Numbered from the stretch's first letter, positions 19,672-29,366 are shown. The stretch is DNA of 64,000 bases from Candidatus Bathyarchaeota archaeon (GCA_963826715.1 CAWGYA010000007.1:128001-192000); one strand, 5' to 3'. Numbers and translations are program-made. Notes: generated by a model from the sequence alone, not told the origin.

Positions 19672-20823
19672 CTAGCCACTTTCCTTTAGCAACTTCTCGA
19701 ACCATTCCTGCTTCCCGAACCTTTCCTGTAATTCAAGAAATCTTTTACACGTAAACTGCTCAGGGCAAATAGGACATGTGAATTGGTTGCGTTCAGCTGC
19801 TTCTAATAACACTTGTTTTATCTGTGAATCCCTTATTTGCTTAGAATACCGTGGACCATGCCCAAAAACTAGTCCTCTTAAACTCGGCAACTGCTGGAAG
19901 AAGAATAACTGCTTCTCTTTTTCACACTTATTTTCCTCGTTTTCTTGCTCTTCCATACCCTCCGACAATTCTTTTATTATAGTCTCCTGAAATTGTTCCC
20001 CAAACTCCCAAGAGTAGAATCCTACATCGGTATAGATGGCCATTATGAGTAGATAAATTACAATGTCTGACGTCTGTACTGCAAGTTGGAAAACTTTCTT
20101 GAATTCCTTTGGTTCGTAATAAACAAAGGGTATTATCTCAGATTCTATTCTGAAGTCTCTCAAGTTTGTGTGTGTATAGCTGGAAAGCTGGCTATATGTA
20201 AAATAAATTAACTCAGCTTTTTTATGATCTCCATATTCTAAACCGTCAAGCCAACGATTCTCAATAGCATTGGGAAGGTTACCAATTCCACGAAGTTTGG
20301 TAGGTCGCTTTTTTTCTTTGCCAACTCGTTTATTTTTTACCCAAGTTGTCAGCTTGCTATTCTTACTGAAGTCTTTGGATACTGAGTCGGTAAACTCGAG
20401 GAATTCTATAAATTCTTCAAAAGTCATGCTTGCTCCTTTATGCGTCGCATCACCAGTTAGGATCGATTTGTCATCAACAGCGACGAAAGCTTTTATCGTG
20501 GTTTCTAACATCCAACGGAGAGTACGAGCTGCAGAATCGTATGCCCCGCCTGTAATCATTAGCACAACTCCGTTGAATTCTCTGGAAATAATTCGAGTTA
20601 GCTTTCCAGGAAGCGAGGACCCTTCTTCTATTAAACAATCATCGATGTATTTGCCACATTTGCTTTTATACAAATGCGGAATTTTTGTCTCAAGCCACTC
20701 ATACAAAATACTAATTTCTTGTAATAAGGCTAGACGTTTCTGGTTGGTTTTAGCTCTCGAAGTATAATTAAACACGTGGATAAAGTGGTCGGGTAATCGA
20801 GTGGGCATTTTACATCCCTGCAA
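19672..20823 (-). CDS. Helical hypothetical protein (HEPN/DUF5677-like) with C-terminal Cys cluster
   Basis: Y.SAA..LR..LE and Y..LS.Y.H pattern; CPICPEQFTC. Confidence 0.5.
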   Translation of the reverse strand: MQGCKMPTRLPDHFIHVFNYTSRAKTNQKRLALLQEISILYEWLETKIPHLYKSKCGKYIDDCLIEEGSSLPGKLTRIISREFNGVVLMITGGAYDSAARTLRWMLETTIKAFVAVDDKSILTGDATHKGASMTFEEFIEFLEFTDSVSKDFSKNSKLTTWVKNKRVGKEKKRPTKLRGIGNLPNAIENRWLDGLEYGDHKKAELIYFTYSQLSSYTHTNLRDFRIESEIIPFVYYEPKEFKKVFQLAVQTSDIVIYLLIMAIYTDVGFYSWEFGEQFQETIIKELSEGMEEQENEENKCEKEKQLFFFQQLPSLRGLVFGHGPRYSKQIRDSQIKQVLLEAAERNQFTCPICPEQFTCKRFLELQERFGKQEWFEKLLKESG

Positions 20824-20955
20824 TCAGTGTTTAAGATTGTTTACCGGTCAATTGATTGTTTATCATAGAAAGTGCATTATTATATTTAAGCGGTTTATCG
20901 CTTAGCCTAGATTTAATATTGGAGATGATGCAATTGATAGTAGGGTTACCCCTAA

Positions 20956-22221
20956 ATGGCTGAAATTGAAGAACAATGTTGTGAGGATTGTGGTTCCGAG
21001 GGTGAAATAGGGGACGGTCTTATTCGATGTCCAAGGCTCGAGAAGACTAAAAATCGGAAAATCTTATGGATACATAAAAAATGTTGTGCAACCGACCAAT
21101 TAACATACCAAAGAAAACTGCGCTTGCTGGGAAAGGAAGCACAGATACCAGGGATTGAAGAATGTTCAAAATGTGAACAGGGAAAAGAAGCAATAAAAGA
21201 AGGCGGTTACGACAGCTGGCCATGCTGTGAGAGTTGGGATTGTGACGTAGATTTTAAGGGTTTAACAAAGGAAGTTTGGCGTGGCATACCTGTCTATGTG
21301 CCGCCAGATAAAATATGGGCTATTACAAATGAAGGCGATCGGCTATTAGAATTATTTAAACCACTAAACATTGTAACTAGTTCCATAATTGACGAAGAAG
21401 CCCAAGTTTACTATGTTAAAGACCATAAGAAGAACATCACTGCATACTCACTTCAGTCTTTGAATGAAATTGAAAAAAGGCTCCCGTGGGGGTTTGGTAG
21501 CACTGAAAAATTTAGGGCGGCTAATGGTCCACTTTGTATTTTAAGTGAGCTTTATGATAATCCATTCGGTGCAATGCTGGCACCCTGGTTGTGCAACAAA
21601 GGCAAGGATATCAAACAGATAGGCCTCGATTTAGCCACTAAGTTTAGGATTAAATATTTTGAAGCAGAGAAATTTTTTGGTGTAGATCTTGCGGCGAATC
21701 ATGAAACGCTCAAGTGTAAAATACAAAGTTTGTCTGAAAACGCGTTTATTCAAGAAATTCTAGTTCCAGTATTAAAAGCTCAAGACTTTCAATCAGTTAA
21801 GCCTATTTCTTTCCACGGTCCGGGTGAATGCGGCGGAGATTTTCATCCATTCTATAAGGTGAATGAATTTGGAAAAATTGTGTATTATTCCGCCCAAGCC
21901 AAAGCTGTCAAGATTCATGCGACCTCTGGAAAGAAAGAAGGTAACGTAAATCAACTAATCGATGAACTTAAAAAGCTCTTTAGAACACCTTTCCCAACAT
22001 TCGTTGACAACACTCAAAAGAGAATTACGCAAGCTTTCGTTTTCTGTTCGCAAGATATTACAAAGGAAGCAAGTGATCAATTATTTAACGAATTTGAAGA
22101 AAGACAGCAAATACTTCTTATCGATATTGACGACATAGTTGATGCTGTACTAGAGAGAGGGTTGGCCAGCCAAATACTGGATAGTTGTATGAAGAAAGAA
22201 ACGATCGATTCAAAACTTTAG
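20956..22221 (+). CDS. Cys-rich N-terminus plus C-terminal Mrr-like restriction endonuclease domain
   Basis: E..F....L..L, HGPGECGGD, AQAK. Confidence 0.65.
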   Translation: MAEIEEQCCEDCGSEGEIGDGLIRCPRLEKTKNRKILWIHKKCCATDQLTYQRKLRLLGKEAQIPGIEECSKCEQGKEAIKEGGYDSWPCCESWDCDVDFKGLTKEVWRGIPVYVPPDKIWAITNEGDRLLELFKPLNIVTSSIIDEEAQVYYVKDHKKNITAYSLQSLNEIEKRLPWGFGSTEKFRAANGPLCILSELYDNPFGAMLAPWLCNKGKDIKQIGLDLATKFRIKYFEAEKFFGVDLAANHETLKCKIQSLSENAFIQEILVPVLKAQDFQSVKPISFHGPGECGGDFHPFYKVNEFGKIVYYSAQAKAVKIHATSGKKEGNVNQLIDELKKLFRTPFPTFVDNTQKRITQAFVFCSQDITKEASDQLFNEFEERQQILLIDIDDIVDAVLERGLASQILDSCMKKETIDSKL

Positions 22222-22223
22222 TA

Positions 22224-22687
22224 ACTCATCGTCTTTCGCTTTCAACATAGTCCATGACTCCATGGTAAACGTTATGAGAGCCCAATGCCAACCTCGTTTT
22301 TCTGCAATATGTACACCTAATTCTTTTCCAAGCGTTTATCCATTTTCTGGATTCTTCTACTTACTAGGTGACGGGTTACTTCAAATGCTCAAGTTTGGCC
22401 TGCAAATCTTCTGGCAATAAACCGGGATTACCTGCTTCATAGAGAAGTTGTATTATTTCTCTATCAATCTCATCACAGCAGGTCATTTGCTCAACTAATG
22501 ATTGATTAAAACTAAAAGAGCTTTTTAAACCAGCAAAAATAGTTCGCAGCATTAGCATTAGCTTAATCTCCTTAACTTCCCGTAAGATCTGCTTGAGTAG
22601 TTGCTGGTTTTACTTTAGGCGACCTATTTTGTCGCTTTGGCTGCGCTTCTTTTTCTGGTTCTGAACAGGCTTTTGGCTCTCTTCCAT
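22224..22687 (-). pseudogene. Disrupted winged-helix protein gene
   Basis: In-frame TAA after GRLK; DEIDREIIQLLYEAGNPGLLP followed by frameshifts; KRGWHWAL in a later frame. Confidence 0.6.
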
Positions 22688-22860
22688 GTCAGAATGCACA
22701 CTCCATGTTTTCTGCTCCATCAACGCATGGCAAAATTAGCAGTGGGTAATCAGGACTAACGAACTGTAGATTTGTGACTTCTGAAAAACATGGACTTTTC
22801 CCATGCCCTCGCACAGGGTCCAAAAGTGCTTTTGAACACCTTTTAACTTCCAAAACCGCT

Positions 22861-23784
22861 CTAAGCAACGTAAGCCATCCCGCCTTTACTGTTCTCCAGT
22901 GAACCTTTTGGTTTACTTTGCTGGACAGGATTTGCATCAAAAAGATTTGAAAGAATACCAGCTACCTTCTGAAGCGCCTCGCTGTTCTTAATCTCGGTTT
23001 TCTCCAACTTGTCAAGCTTATCTAAAGCATTATCCATCGTATCGGAAAAACTAGCGATAACTTCAATTGAATCCGGGTGAGTGCGATCCCCAACCTTAAT
23101 CACAAGGCCATGACTCTGCTCAAAATCTCGAATCACCATATACGGCAACCGCTCTCCTGCACAATAGGGAAAATGGCCACTCTTTGGGCGAATCCGCTCC
23201 AAAACCTGGCTAAGCACCTTAAAGTCAGTTACCAACCCAGAGTTAACAAAAGCATCACAAAACAACTGCTTAGCCTTCCCCAAATTCCCCGGACGCCGAA
23301 CATTTAACCCAACTAAACCAGTTTCAAACCAAACAGCCCGACCAAACTTGCCCTTCCAGATCCAAAAACGATTCCTCGCCCTAGAAGCCACCCAACCAAA
23401 ACCGAGCCCTTTTTTGTTCCAATCTGTCTGCACAACGCACCTAAGAGCTACACTTAGCTCTAAATCCAGCCTACCCTTCGCTTTAAAGCAGTGGAAATTT
23501 GAACACTTTGAACCTCGTTCATTTCTATAGTAATACTTCCACTCCCACTTAGTCTTAGAGACGTAGTTGTGGTATCGTTTGTATGTTAAATTCAGCAGTT
23601 CGCAGATTTGTTTGGGCGTTAACAATGGGTTGGATTGGCCTTCGCCGTCGAGAAGCTCGAAGATTTGTTTGCGCAGATTATTACTATTACCACTCTTACA
23701 GTAAGAGTCTGTCTTGCCTGTAGTGTCGGTCGATTGCTTAGCCAAAAAAATTAGCTCCTTTTCCCGTTTGAGACTCTTTCGCAT
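22861..23784 (-). CDS. HTH-containing protein with C-terminal coiled coil, candidate replication initiator
   Basis: LTPKQICELLNL HTH; overall architecture like 25633..26583. Confidence 0.45.
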   Translation of the reverse strand: MRKSLKREKELIFLAKQSTDTTGKTDSYCKSGNSNNLRKQIFELLDGEGQSNPLLTPKQICELLNLTYKRYHNYVSKTKWEWKYYYRNERGSKCSNFHCFKAKGRLDLELSVALRCVVQTDWNKKGLGFGWVASRARNRFWIWKGKFGRAVWFETGLVGLNVRRPGNLGKAKQLFCDAFVNSGLVTDFKVLSQVLERIRPKSGHFPYCAGERLPYMVIRDFEQSHGLVIKVGDRTHPDSIEVIASFSDTMDNALDKLDKLEKTEIKNSEALQKVAGILSNLFDANPVQQSKPKGSLENSKGGMAYVA

Positions 23785-23977
23785 GCTGGAGAAGATGCTA
23801 TGCGGTTAACTGATTTTCTGCCTTTCATAGCCGGCTCGGTGCAACGTTCACACCAAAAAACGCAGTCCATACAGTAGAAAATGTCTGATGAAGTTGATTG
23901 ATGAACGGTTAGTTTGGTTGATTTAAAATTAGGCGATAAAAAAGAGGAAGAAAAATGGTACTTTTTAACGTGAGCAT

Positions 23978-24000
23978 TGGTGGGGCCGCTGGGATTTGAA
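23978..24000 (-). other. att site: duplicated tRNA 3' end (probably tRNA-Pro)
   Basis: Minus strand TTCAAATCCCAGCGGCCCCACCA = T-loop, acceptor stem and CCA; the tRNA 5' part is absent. Confidence 0.8.
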
Positions 24001-24107
24001 GGCGGACCACCGAGGCGACATTTTTCCAGTTATCGCCACAATGTCTGTTTAAGCTCCGCAGCCTTCTTCCTTTTTTTCCTAACAATGCCCACTTGGAGGC
24101 TAACCCA

Positions 24108-24254
24108 TTGAATCAGAAGCAGATAGATGCTGCCACGGTTGTCCTTCGAATTGTCCTTTCAGGATTAGCCCTCAATTTTGATGCAGATTTCCATGAGCTT
24201 GAAGAAATTACCAAGCGTGCCCTACTTCAGATAGAACAGGAGCCTATTTCTTGA
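24108..24254 (+). CDS. Small hypothetical protein (48 aa)
   Basis: GGAGG then TTG; stop overlaps the next start. Confidence 0.5.
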   Translation: MNQKQIDAATVVLRIVLSGLALNFDADFHELEEITKRALLQIEQEPIS

Positions 24255-24781
24255 GCATCACTTTTACTTACCTACGTCAGCCTCTTAATCGCTATACATT
24301 CAAGGCGCCAAAAACTAAGGCATGGGTAGAAGAGCAGTGCAAAGGCAAATATGTGCTTAACCTGTTTGCAGGTCCCACACGATTGATGGGTTGCATTGAA
24401 GTCGCCAACGACCTAGACGATTTGCCGTATACTCTTTTTAGGATGGATGCCCTGGACTGCGCCAAACATCTCGGGGAAAGAGGCGAGTTATTCGATGTTA
24501 TTTTGCTAGACCCGCCGTATAGTTACCGCAAAAGCATGGAGCTCTACAATGGCCACAAGAATAGCCGTTTCAAGCAGCTGCTCGATGTTCTGCCTGATAT
24601 TTTGACGCCTCTCGGCTGGGTTATTACTTTTGGGTATCATAGTCGCGTTATGGGTGCTAGCCGAGGCTTTAGGATTCATGAAATTTGTCTGATTAGTCAT
24701 GGTGGGACTCAGCATGATACGATCGCTACGGTTGAGATGCGAATCCAAGTAACGAAAGGAGAAATCAAAGATGAGCAATAA
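24251..24781 (+). CDS. N6-adenine/N4-cytosine DNA methyltransferase, small phage type
   Basis: VLNLFAG and LLDPPY. Confidence 0.85.
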   Translation: MSITFTYLRQPLNRYTFKAPKTKAWVEEQCKGKYVLNLFAGPTRLMGCIEVANDLDDLPYTLFRMDALDCAKHLGERGELFDVILLDPPYSYRKSMELYNGHKNSRFKQLLDVLPDILTPLGWVITFGYHSRVMGASRGFRIHEICLISHGGTQHDTIATVEMRIQVTKGEIKDEQ

Positions 24782-25325
24782 AGTTAGTTTTGTTCTAAAT
24801 CGCAATCCGCCGTATATAGATACGATCGTTCCGTATGAGCGGACTAAAGCGGAAATTGAGATTCTGCTGAAAAGCTACGGGATAAAGAATATTCGCTGGA
24901 CCACTCTTGAAGGCCAGGATGACACTTTAGAGTTCATAATTGACGCTGAAGTGCAGGGTATAAAGAAGCAATTAGGCGTCGCCGTTAAGCCCCCTCATAT
25001 TATCGTCAAAAAGAAGCTTCATGGCAAACTCGTTGATACTGAGAACATTAACCAGGAGTACCGGCTGCTGTTTCATTGGATAAAAAGCAAGATTGAGGCG
25101 GTCGTTTGGGGTCTTAGCACAATCGAGAAAGAATTCCTCAGCGAAGTTTTGATGAAACTGCCCAACGGACAACAATCAACAGTTGGCGACGTGGTCGTAA
25201 ATTTGATGAGTAAAGATACGCTGCAGAGCTTGCCTTTCTACAATTCCCGACAGACTGAGCTTCCTCGCCGAGTAATTGAGCCTGAAGTAATTCTGCCCTC
25301 CGAAGATAATTCGGGAGGTTCATAG
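24771..25325 (+). CDS. Hypothetical viral protein
   Basis: Coupled ORF in the early operon. Confidence 0.6.
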   Translation: MSNKVSFVLNRNPPYIDTIVPYERTKAEIEILLKSYGIKNIRWTTLEGQDDTLEFIIDAEVQGIKKQLGVAVKPPHIIVKKKLHGKLVDTENINQEYRLLFHWIKSKIEAVVWGLSTIEKEFLSEVLMKLPNGQQSTVGDVVVNLMSKDTLQSLPFYNSRQTELPRRVIEPEVILPSEDNSGGS

Positions 25326-25326
25326 T

Positions 25327-25629
25327 TTGGGATATTTTCGTATGGGTCCTCGGAATATTCTTCAGCCTTTGCTTGACCAGGCTGATTTAGAGCAGCAGTC
25401 GCTGGGTGCTCCTGCAAAAAAGACGTTGCTTGAGATTGCAGACATGCTGGTTCGGTGGGCGCCTAACTTGTATAGCAGCCTAAGCGACCCCGGTTACTCT
25501 GATAAGGAGAAGACTGCTGCTAAAGCCTTGCTGAAAAAGTATGGTTTAGAGAAGCTTGGGAATCTGAGTCCCCGATACAAAAAGATGACTCTGCAAGCTA
25601 TTAGGGCAGAGTTAGCTAAGGGGGCTTAA
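25327..25629 (+). CDS. Hypothetical protein
   Basis: GGAGG RBS, operon position. Confidence 0.55.
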   Translation: MGYFRMGPRNILQPLLDQADLEQQSLGAPAKKTLLEIADMLVRWAPNLYSSLSDPGYSDKEKTAAKALLKKYGLEKLGNLSPRYKKMTLQAIRAELAKGA

Positions 25630-25632
25630 TTT

Positions 25633-26583
25633 TTGGCTGTAACATCTGTTACCTCTTCATGTAAGTCTTGTAACACCAGTTACAACAGTTACGGATCCTA
25701 CGGTTACAGCGTAGAAGCCCAAGTACTCCATGCGATCGAAGATTCGGAAATTGAGCTTACGCCAGCAGAGATTGCACGAAAAATCCATGCACCAAACAAA
25801 CCAACCAAGGGGCAATACACAACTGTCCGAGTATTCTGCCGACGCTTACTCGAAAAGGGGCAAATGCGTCAGCCTTATCCTGGAGCTTACTGTAGCAAAA
25901 TCACCCACGGGGTGCGGTTTGAACCTCTCTCAGTTCACAACATTACTCTTCGCAGTTTTGTTTGCCAAGACGTTAAGCATTGGGAGAAGGATGAGGTTGT
26001 TGGGGGTGTAAAGATTCATGTTTGTTTTGGGTCGGAAAGGCGAAAGGTCACTGGATATATTGCTTGTGACGTTGGCGGTATGAGCCACGACGCTTGCCTT
26101 TTGGCTTTAAATCGCTGGTTTGACCTAGTCAACAGTCGTTTGGGCTTTCAGCTTAACGATTTGGAAATTTTAACGTTTGAGTGCAACAGGGATCACCAAG
26201 GCGTACGTCTCGACGGTGTTCAATGCATAACAAGAACCGACCTTTGCGGAATGATCGATCGCATCTACCAAAAAGAGGCGTCTTTGGTGCGTGCAGAATG
26301 CAAGGTCCTTAGTCCTATGAGTGTTAACAAGTTTACACAGACCCTTGCCAGCGGCTTTGCAGACTTCAAGAACGCTCAACACATCTCTGAGTTAAAACAG
26401 GGTGTAAACAGCAATACTGAAGCAATAAAGTTTGCAAACAGTCGGCTTCTGCAGATTGAGCGTCAAAATGAGGCAATGGTGGGCGCAATAATTAGGCTTA
26501 CAGAAACTCTAACCAAACCCAACCAAACGGAAGATCCATCGGGTATTAGGGTGCCGAAGAATTTTGAGGGTTATGTTAGGTGA
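25633..26583 (+). CDS. Winged-HTH protein with C-terminal coiled coil, candidate replication initiator
   Basis: LTPAEIARKI...VRVFCRRLLEKG; iteron-like repeats in its 5' end. Confidence 0.5.
   Translation: MAVTSVTSSCKSCNTSYNSYGSYGYSVEAQVLHAIEDSEIELTPAEIARKIHAPNKPTKGQYTTVRVFCRRLLEKGQMRQPYPGAYCSKITHGVRFEPLSVHNITLRSFVCQDVKHWEKDEVVGGVKIHVCFGSERRKVTGYIACDVGGMSHDACLLALNRWFDLVNSRLGFQLNDLEILTFECNRDHQGVRLDGVQCITRTDLCGMIDRIYQKEASLVRAECKVLSPMSVNKFTQTLASGFADFKNAQHISELKQGVNSNTEAIKFANSRLLQIERQNEAMVGAIIRLTETLTKPNQTEDPSGIRVPKNFEGYVR
25639..25707. repeat. Phased GTAAC/GTTAC pentamer repeats
   Basis: Copies at 25639, 25648, 25670, 25679, 25688, 25703; variants at 25661, 25697; mostly 9-bp spacing. Confidence 0.6.
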
Positions 26584-27169
26584 CAGTTATGGAGAAATGG
26601 ATATGGAAGAGAGAAAAACAAGTTTGAAAGTTCCGGATGCTTACAGGAGCCTCCTCGAAGACATCCGCAACCTGAAAAGTGATGAAACAAACCCCAACCG
26701 AATGACCAACAAACAGAAAGCCGAGGTCTGGAAGAGCCTCAAAAAGCATGGTTGGATATACCCAATAGTAACCGATCTGCAAGGCATCTTTGGTGATGGC
26801 GAGCAACGAGTGCAAGTATGCCTAGAACATGAAGAATTCAACGCTCCCGTGCTTCGTCTTCAATTATCTGACGTTCAACGCAGGCTTCTAAGACAGACTC
26901 TAAACAAGCTTAGGGGAAAGCATAACCGAGAGCTTGATGAAGCCGATTACAAGCGCATAATTGAGGCTGGCGAGAAAGAAGATTTACAGGCGCTGTTGAC
27001 GGCGATTGGAGAGAAAATTCCCGAAGATCTAGGCGGACCTCAGGAGGGCTCTATGTTGATTCCTGAAAGTTACGAGCTGGTCATTGAGTGCAAAGATGAA
27101 ACTGACCAGAAAGCCAAATTTGACCAATTAACCGCGGCAGGATATGCTGTTAGGGTGCTGAATCTCTAA
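26564..27169 (+). CDS. ParB/Srx-like N-terminal domain protein
   Basis: NPNRM, SLKKHGWIYPIV, DGEQR, LNKLRG. Confidence 0.75.
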   Translation: MRVMLGDSYGEMDMEERKTSLKVPDAYRSLLEDIRNLKSDETNPNRMTNKQKAEVWKSLKKHGWIYPIVTDLQGIFGDGEQRVQVCLEHEEFNAPVLRLQLSDVQRRLLRQTLNKLRGKHNRELDEADYKRIIEAGEKEDLQALLTAIGEKIPEDLGGPQEGSMLIPESYELVIECKDETDQKAKFDQLTAAGYAVRVLNL

Positions 27170-27852
27170 TGGAATTCGATTTTTATAACACCTGGAGGGA
27201 GCCTGACAGTTTCCGAGCGCAGAGCGTCGTAGGAAGCTTCACCCTAAATGATGTTAAGCTGCAGAAGCACTTCAAGGGATCTCTACCCATAGAAGATGAT
27301 GATTGGCAGGTAGGCATAATTGTTGGCCCCAGCGGATCGGGCAAGAGCAGCATCGCAAAAAGACTCTTCCCCAACGAGTACATCACAAGTTTCCAGTACC
27401 AGGGCAAATGCATCCTCGACGACTTTCCGGCTGAGCTTAGCACATCAGAGATTACCCGTATGCTCTGCAGCGTCGGATTTGCTTCTCCACCGGATTGGCT
27501 AAAGGCTTACAGTTGTCTTAGCCAGGGCGAGAAAATGCGAGTTGACGTCGCAAGGGCATTATGCCTGCCTCAGAAATGCATTGTCTTCGACGAATTTACC
27601 AGCGTCGTGGACCGAGAAGTTGCTAAAATCGGATCCTACGCCATCAGCAAAGCCGTCCGAGTCCAAAGCGGAAAACAATTCATAGCGGTCACCTGCCACT
27701 TCGACGTCATAGACTGGCTAGAAGTCGATTGGGTCTTCAACACCGATACAATGGAGTTTGACCGAAAAAAAGAAGTCGGCCGCCCGTTGAGCTCAAAGTT
27801 TACCGGTGCGGCAATTCCATGTGGAAGAGCTTTCGGCAATATCACTATTTGA
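27169..27852 (+). CDS. ABC-type ATPase of a viral DNA-modification module
   Basis: GPSGSGKS, LSQGE, VFDEF, VTCH. Confidence 0.9.
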   Translation: MEFDFYNTWREPDSFRAQSVVGSFTLNDVKLQKHFKGSLPIEDDDWQVGIIVGPSGSGKSSIAKRLFPNEYITSFQYQGKCILDDFPAELSTSEITRMLCSVGFASPPDWLKAYSCLSQGEKMRVDVARALCLPQKCIVFDEFTSVVDREVAKIGSYAISKAVRVQSGKQFIAVTCHFDVIDWLEVDWVFNTDTMEFDRKKEVGRPLSSKFTGAAIPCGRAFGNITI

Positions 27853-28253
27853 ATGGTAAGCTCGGTGCCGGAGTGCGATGCTACGTTGCTGTCTACAACG
27901 AGAAACCTGTTGGTTTTGTTGCTGTTGTGCATACAAGGATGAAAGCCAATTACTTCCGGGTGAGTCGCCTGGTGGTTCTGCCCGATTACCAAGGAATAGG
28001 CTTAGGCAAACGGCTACTCAACTTCATCGCTGAACTCTACACTTCCCAAATCAACCTACCCTTCTATTTGGTTACTTCAAATCCTCAGCTTGTCCGAGGC
28101 AACTTGGGGAACTGGCGTGTGAAGCGTGTTGGGCATGGCACAGCTGGAAGCGAAGACACTAGAATAAACTCAGAACTCACCAAGAGCAACAGCAAACGAC
28201 GCCTAAGCGTAACCCTACAGTATATGCCTAAGCTGAAATCTGGAGGTTCTTAG
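27819..28253 (+). CDS. GNAT acetyltransferase, probably fused to the ATPase via a -1 frameshift
   Basis: F..YHYL, SRLVVLPDYQGIGLG; the same frame is open back to A AAA AAA at 27765-27771. Confidence 0.85.
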   Translation: MWKSFRQYHYLNGKLGAGVRCYVAVYNEKPVGFVAVVHTRMKANYFRVSRLVVLPDYQGIGLGKRLLNFIAELYTSQINLPFYLVTSNPQLVRGNLGNWRVKRVGHGTAGSEDTRINSELTKSNSKRRLSVTLQYMPKLKSGGS

Positions 28254-28408
28254 TGCCAAAATACTGCAAAGGCAAATGCGGCCGAAAAATCTCCTACCAA
28301 AACAAAACCGGCTATTGCAAAGAATGCTTTGGCCGTTTCATTCTTAGCCCTAAGGGTGCTAATGCAAGCAGGAGAGATACATCAAAACTAAAATCAACCA
28401 AAAGGTAG
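28253..28408 (+). CDS. Small zinc-finger protein
   Basis: GGAGG, GTG; MPKYCKGKCGRKISYQNKTGYCKEC. Confidence 0.6.
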   Translation: MPKYCKGKCGRKISYQNKTGYCKECFGRFILSPKGANASRRDTSKLKSTKR

Positions 28409-28927
28409 AAACACAAAACTACTATGTAGTAATTCGCCATTTAACATTAATTTAAACTCAGCACTATGACCTGCAACCTTATTCATTACGTCAAGACCAG
28501 TCAGAATGCTCGCTTGTATAGTCTTTGATTCACCAGAACGAATGATACCTATAGGTTCATTCCAAGCGCTATAGTTTTCGCTTGAAACTCCAGTAATGTT
28601 CACACTTAAAAGCAAACCCTCTATATCATTGATGCCCTCGTTATGAATAGTGACGTTGATTAAGCAATCCATAGTCATTCCTGCTGGATTCCGCCAAGTG
28701 TTCCCAGATGAGAGAGAGACAATTTTTGCGATATTAATCATCGGGGTAGGAGTTGGGGAAGGAGTAGGCGTTGGGGTTGGACTAAGAGTTGGAGAAGAAG
28801 TGGGAGTGCTATTTGAAGGTGAAGGAGTGAATATTTGAATATTCTGCGTAAAATACCAAGCAGAAAATGTTATTCCCACTATAGCGATAAGAACAATGCC
28901 GTAAACAGTTTTTCTATCTATTATCAC
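28394..28927 (-). CDS. Membrane-anchored surface protein with Pro/Thr linker and Ig/CARDB-like domain
   Basis: N-terminal TM, PTPTP linker, INVTIHNEG. Confidence 0.7.
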   Translation of the reverse strand: MIIDRKTVYGIVLIAIVGITFSAWYFTQNIQIFTPSPSNSTPTSSPTLSPTPTPTPSPTPTPMINIAKIVSLSSGNTWRNPAGMTMDCLINVTIHNEGINDIEGLLLSVNITGVSSENYSAWNEPIGIIRSGESKTIQASILTGLDVMNKVAGHSAEFKLMLNGELLHSSFVFLPFG

Positions 28928-29009
28928 TTATTTCAGCTTCCAAGTTTTCTATTTTAAGCAGTTAATTTGTCAGCTTAAGAGCTTTTTTGTCCACATTCCT
29001 ATACTAACC

Positions 29010-29031
29010 TTTGTCAACGTTTCTTGACCAA
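29010..29031. repeat. Motif A (dif-like palindrome)
   Basis: TTTGTCAA-CGTTTC-TTGACCAA. Confidence 0.7.
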
Positions 29032-29041
29032 AACAAAGAGA

Positions 29042-29071
29042 GGGTGGATAGTCTAGTCGTGAGAAAAAGGT
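29042..29071 (+). repeat. Motif B copy 1
   Basis: GGGTGGATAGTCTAGTCGTGAGAAAAAGGT. Confidence 0.7.
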
Positions 29072-29114
29072 CTTAATTGTCTCTATGAAGGGGTCAGTTT
29101 TGTTTCTTTGTTCC

Positions 29115-29366
29115 TTATCGTTTCATAATGAAAAATACATTGACTACTATAGTGAAGATAAAAATAAACAACGGATAATTGGGTAATGGCTCAATTAATG
29201 TTGGTGGATATTTAATTGAACTTTGAAAACTAACATCTATGAAAATACCTACATTACCTACAATCGTGTCTTTTAATAAAAAAAGGAGTTGCTCAATAGA
29301 CAGAAATAGAAACAAATCCATTATAACGTTAAACATGAGGATGATTGCTGTAAATCTTTTTGTCAT
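29115..29366 (-). CDS. Small two-TM membrane protein
   Basis: Hydrophobic helices; shares promoter and 3' sequence with 29439..29657. Confidence 0.6.
   Translation of the reverse strand: MTKRFTAIILMFNVIMDLFLFLSIEQLLFLLKDTIVGNVGIFIDVSFQSSIKYPPTLIEPLPNYPLFIFIFTIVVNVFFIMKR

Noticed and set aside
23978-24000. Complete tRNA gene
   Set aside because: Only the T-loop and acceptor 3' side are present
27169-27852. ABC transporter
   Set aside because: No permease; the ParB/GNAT context points to DNA modification
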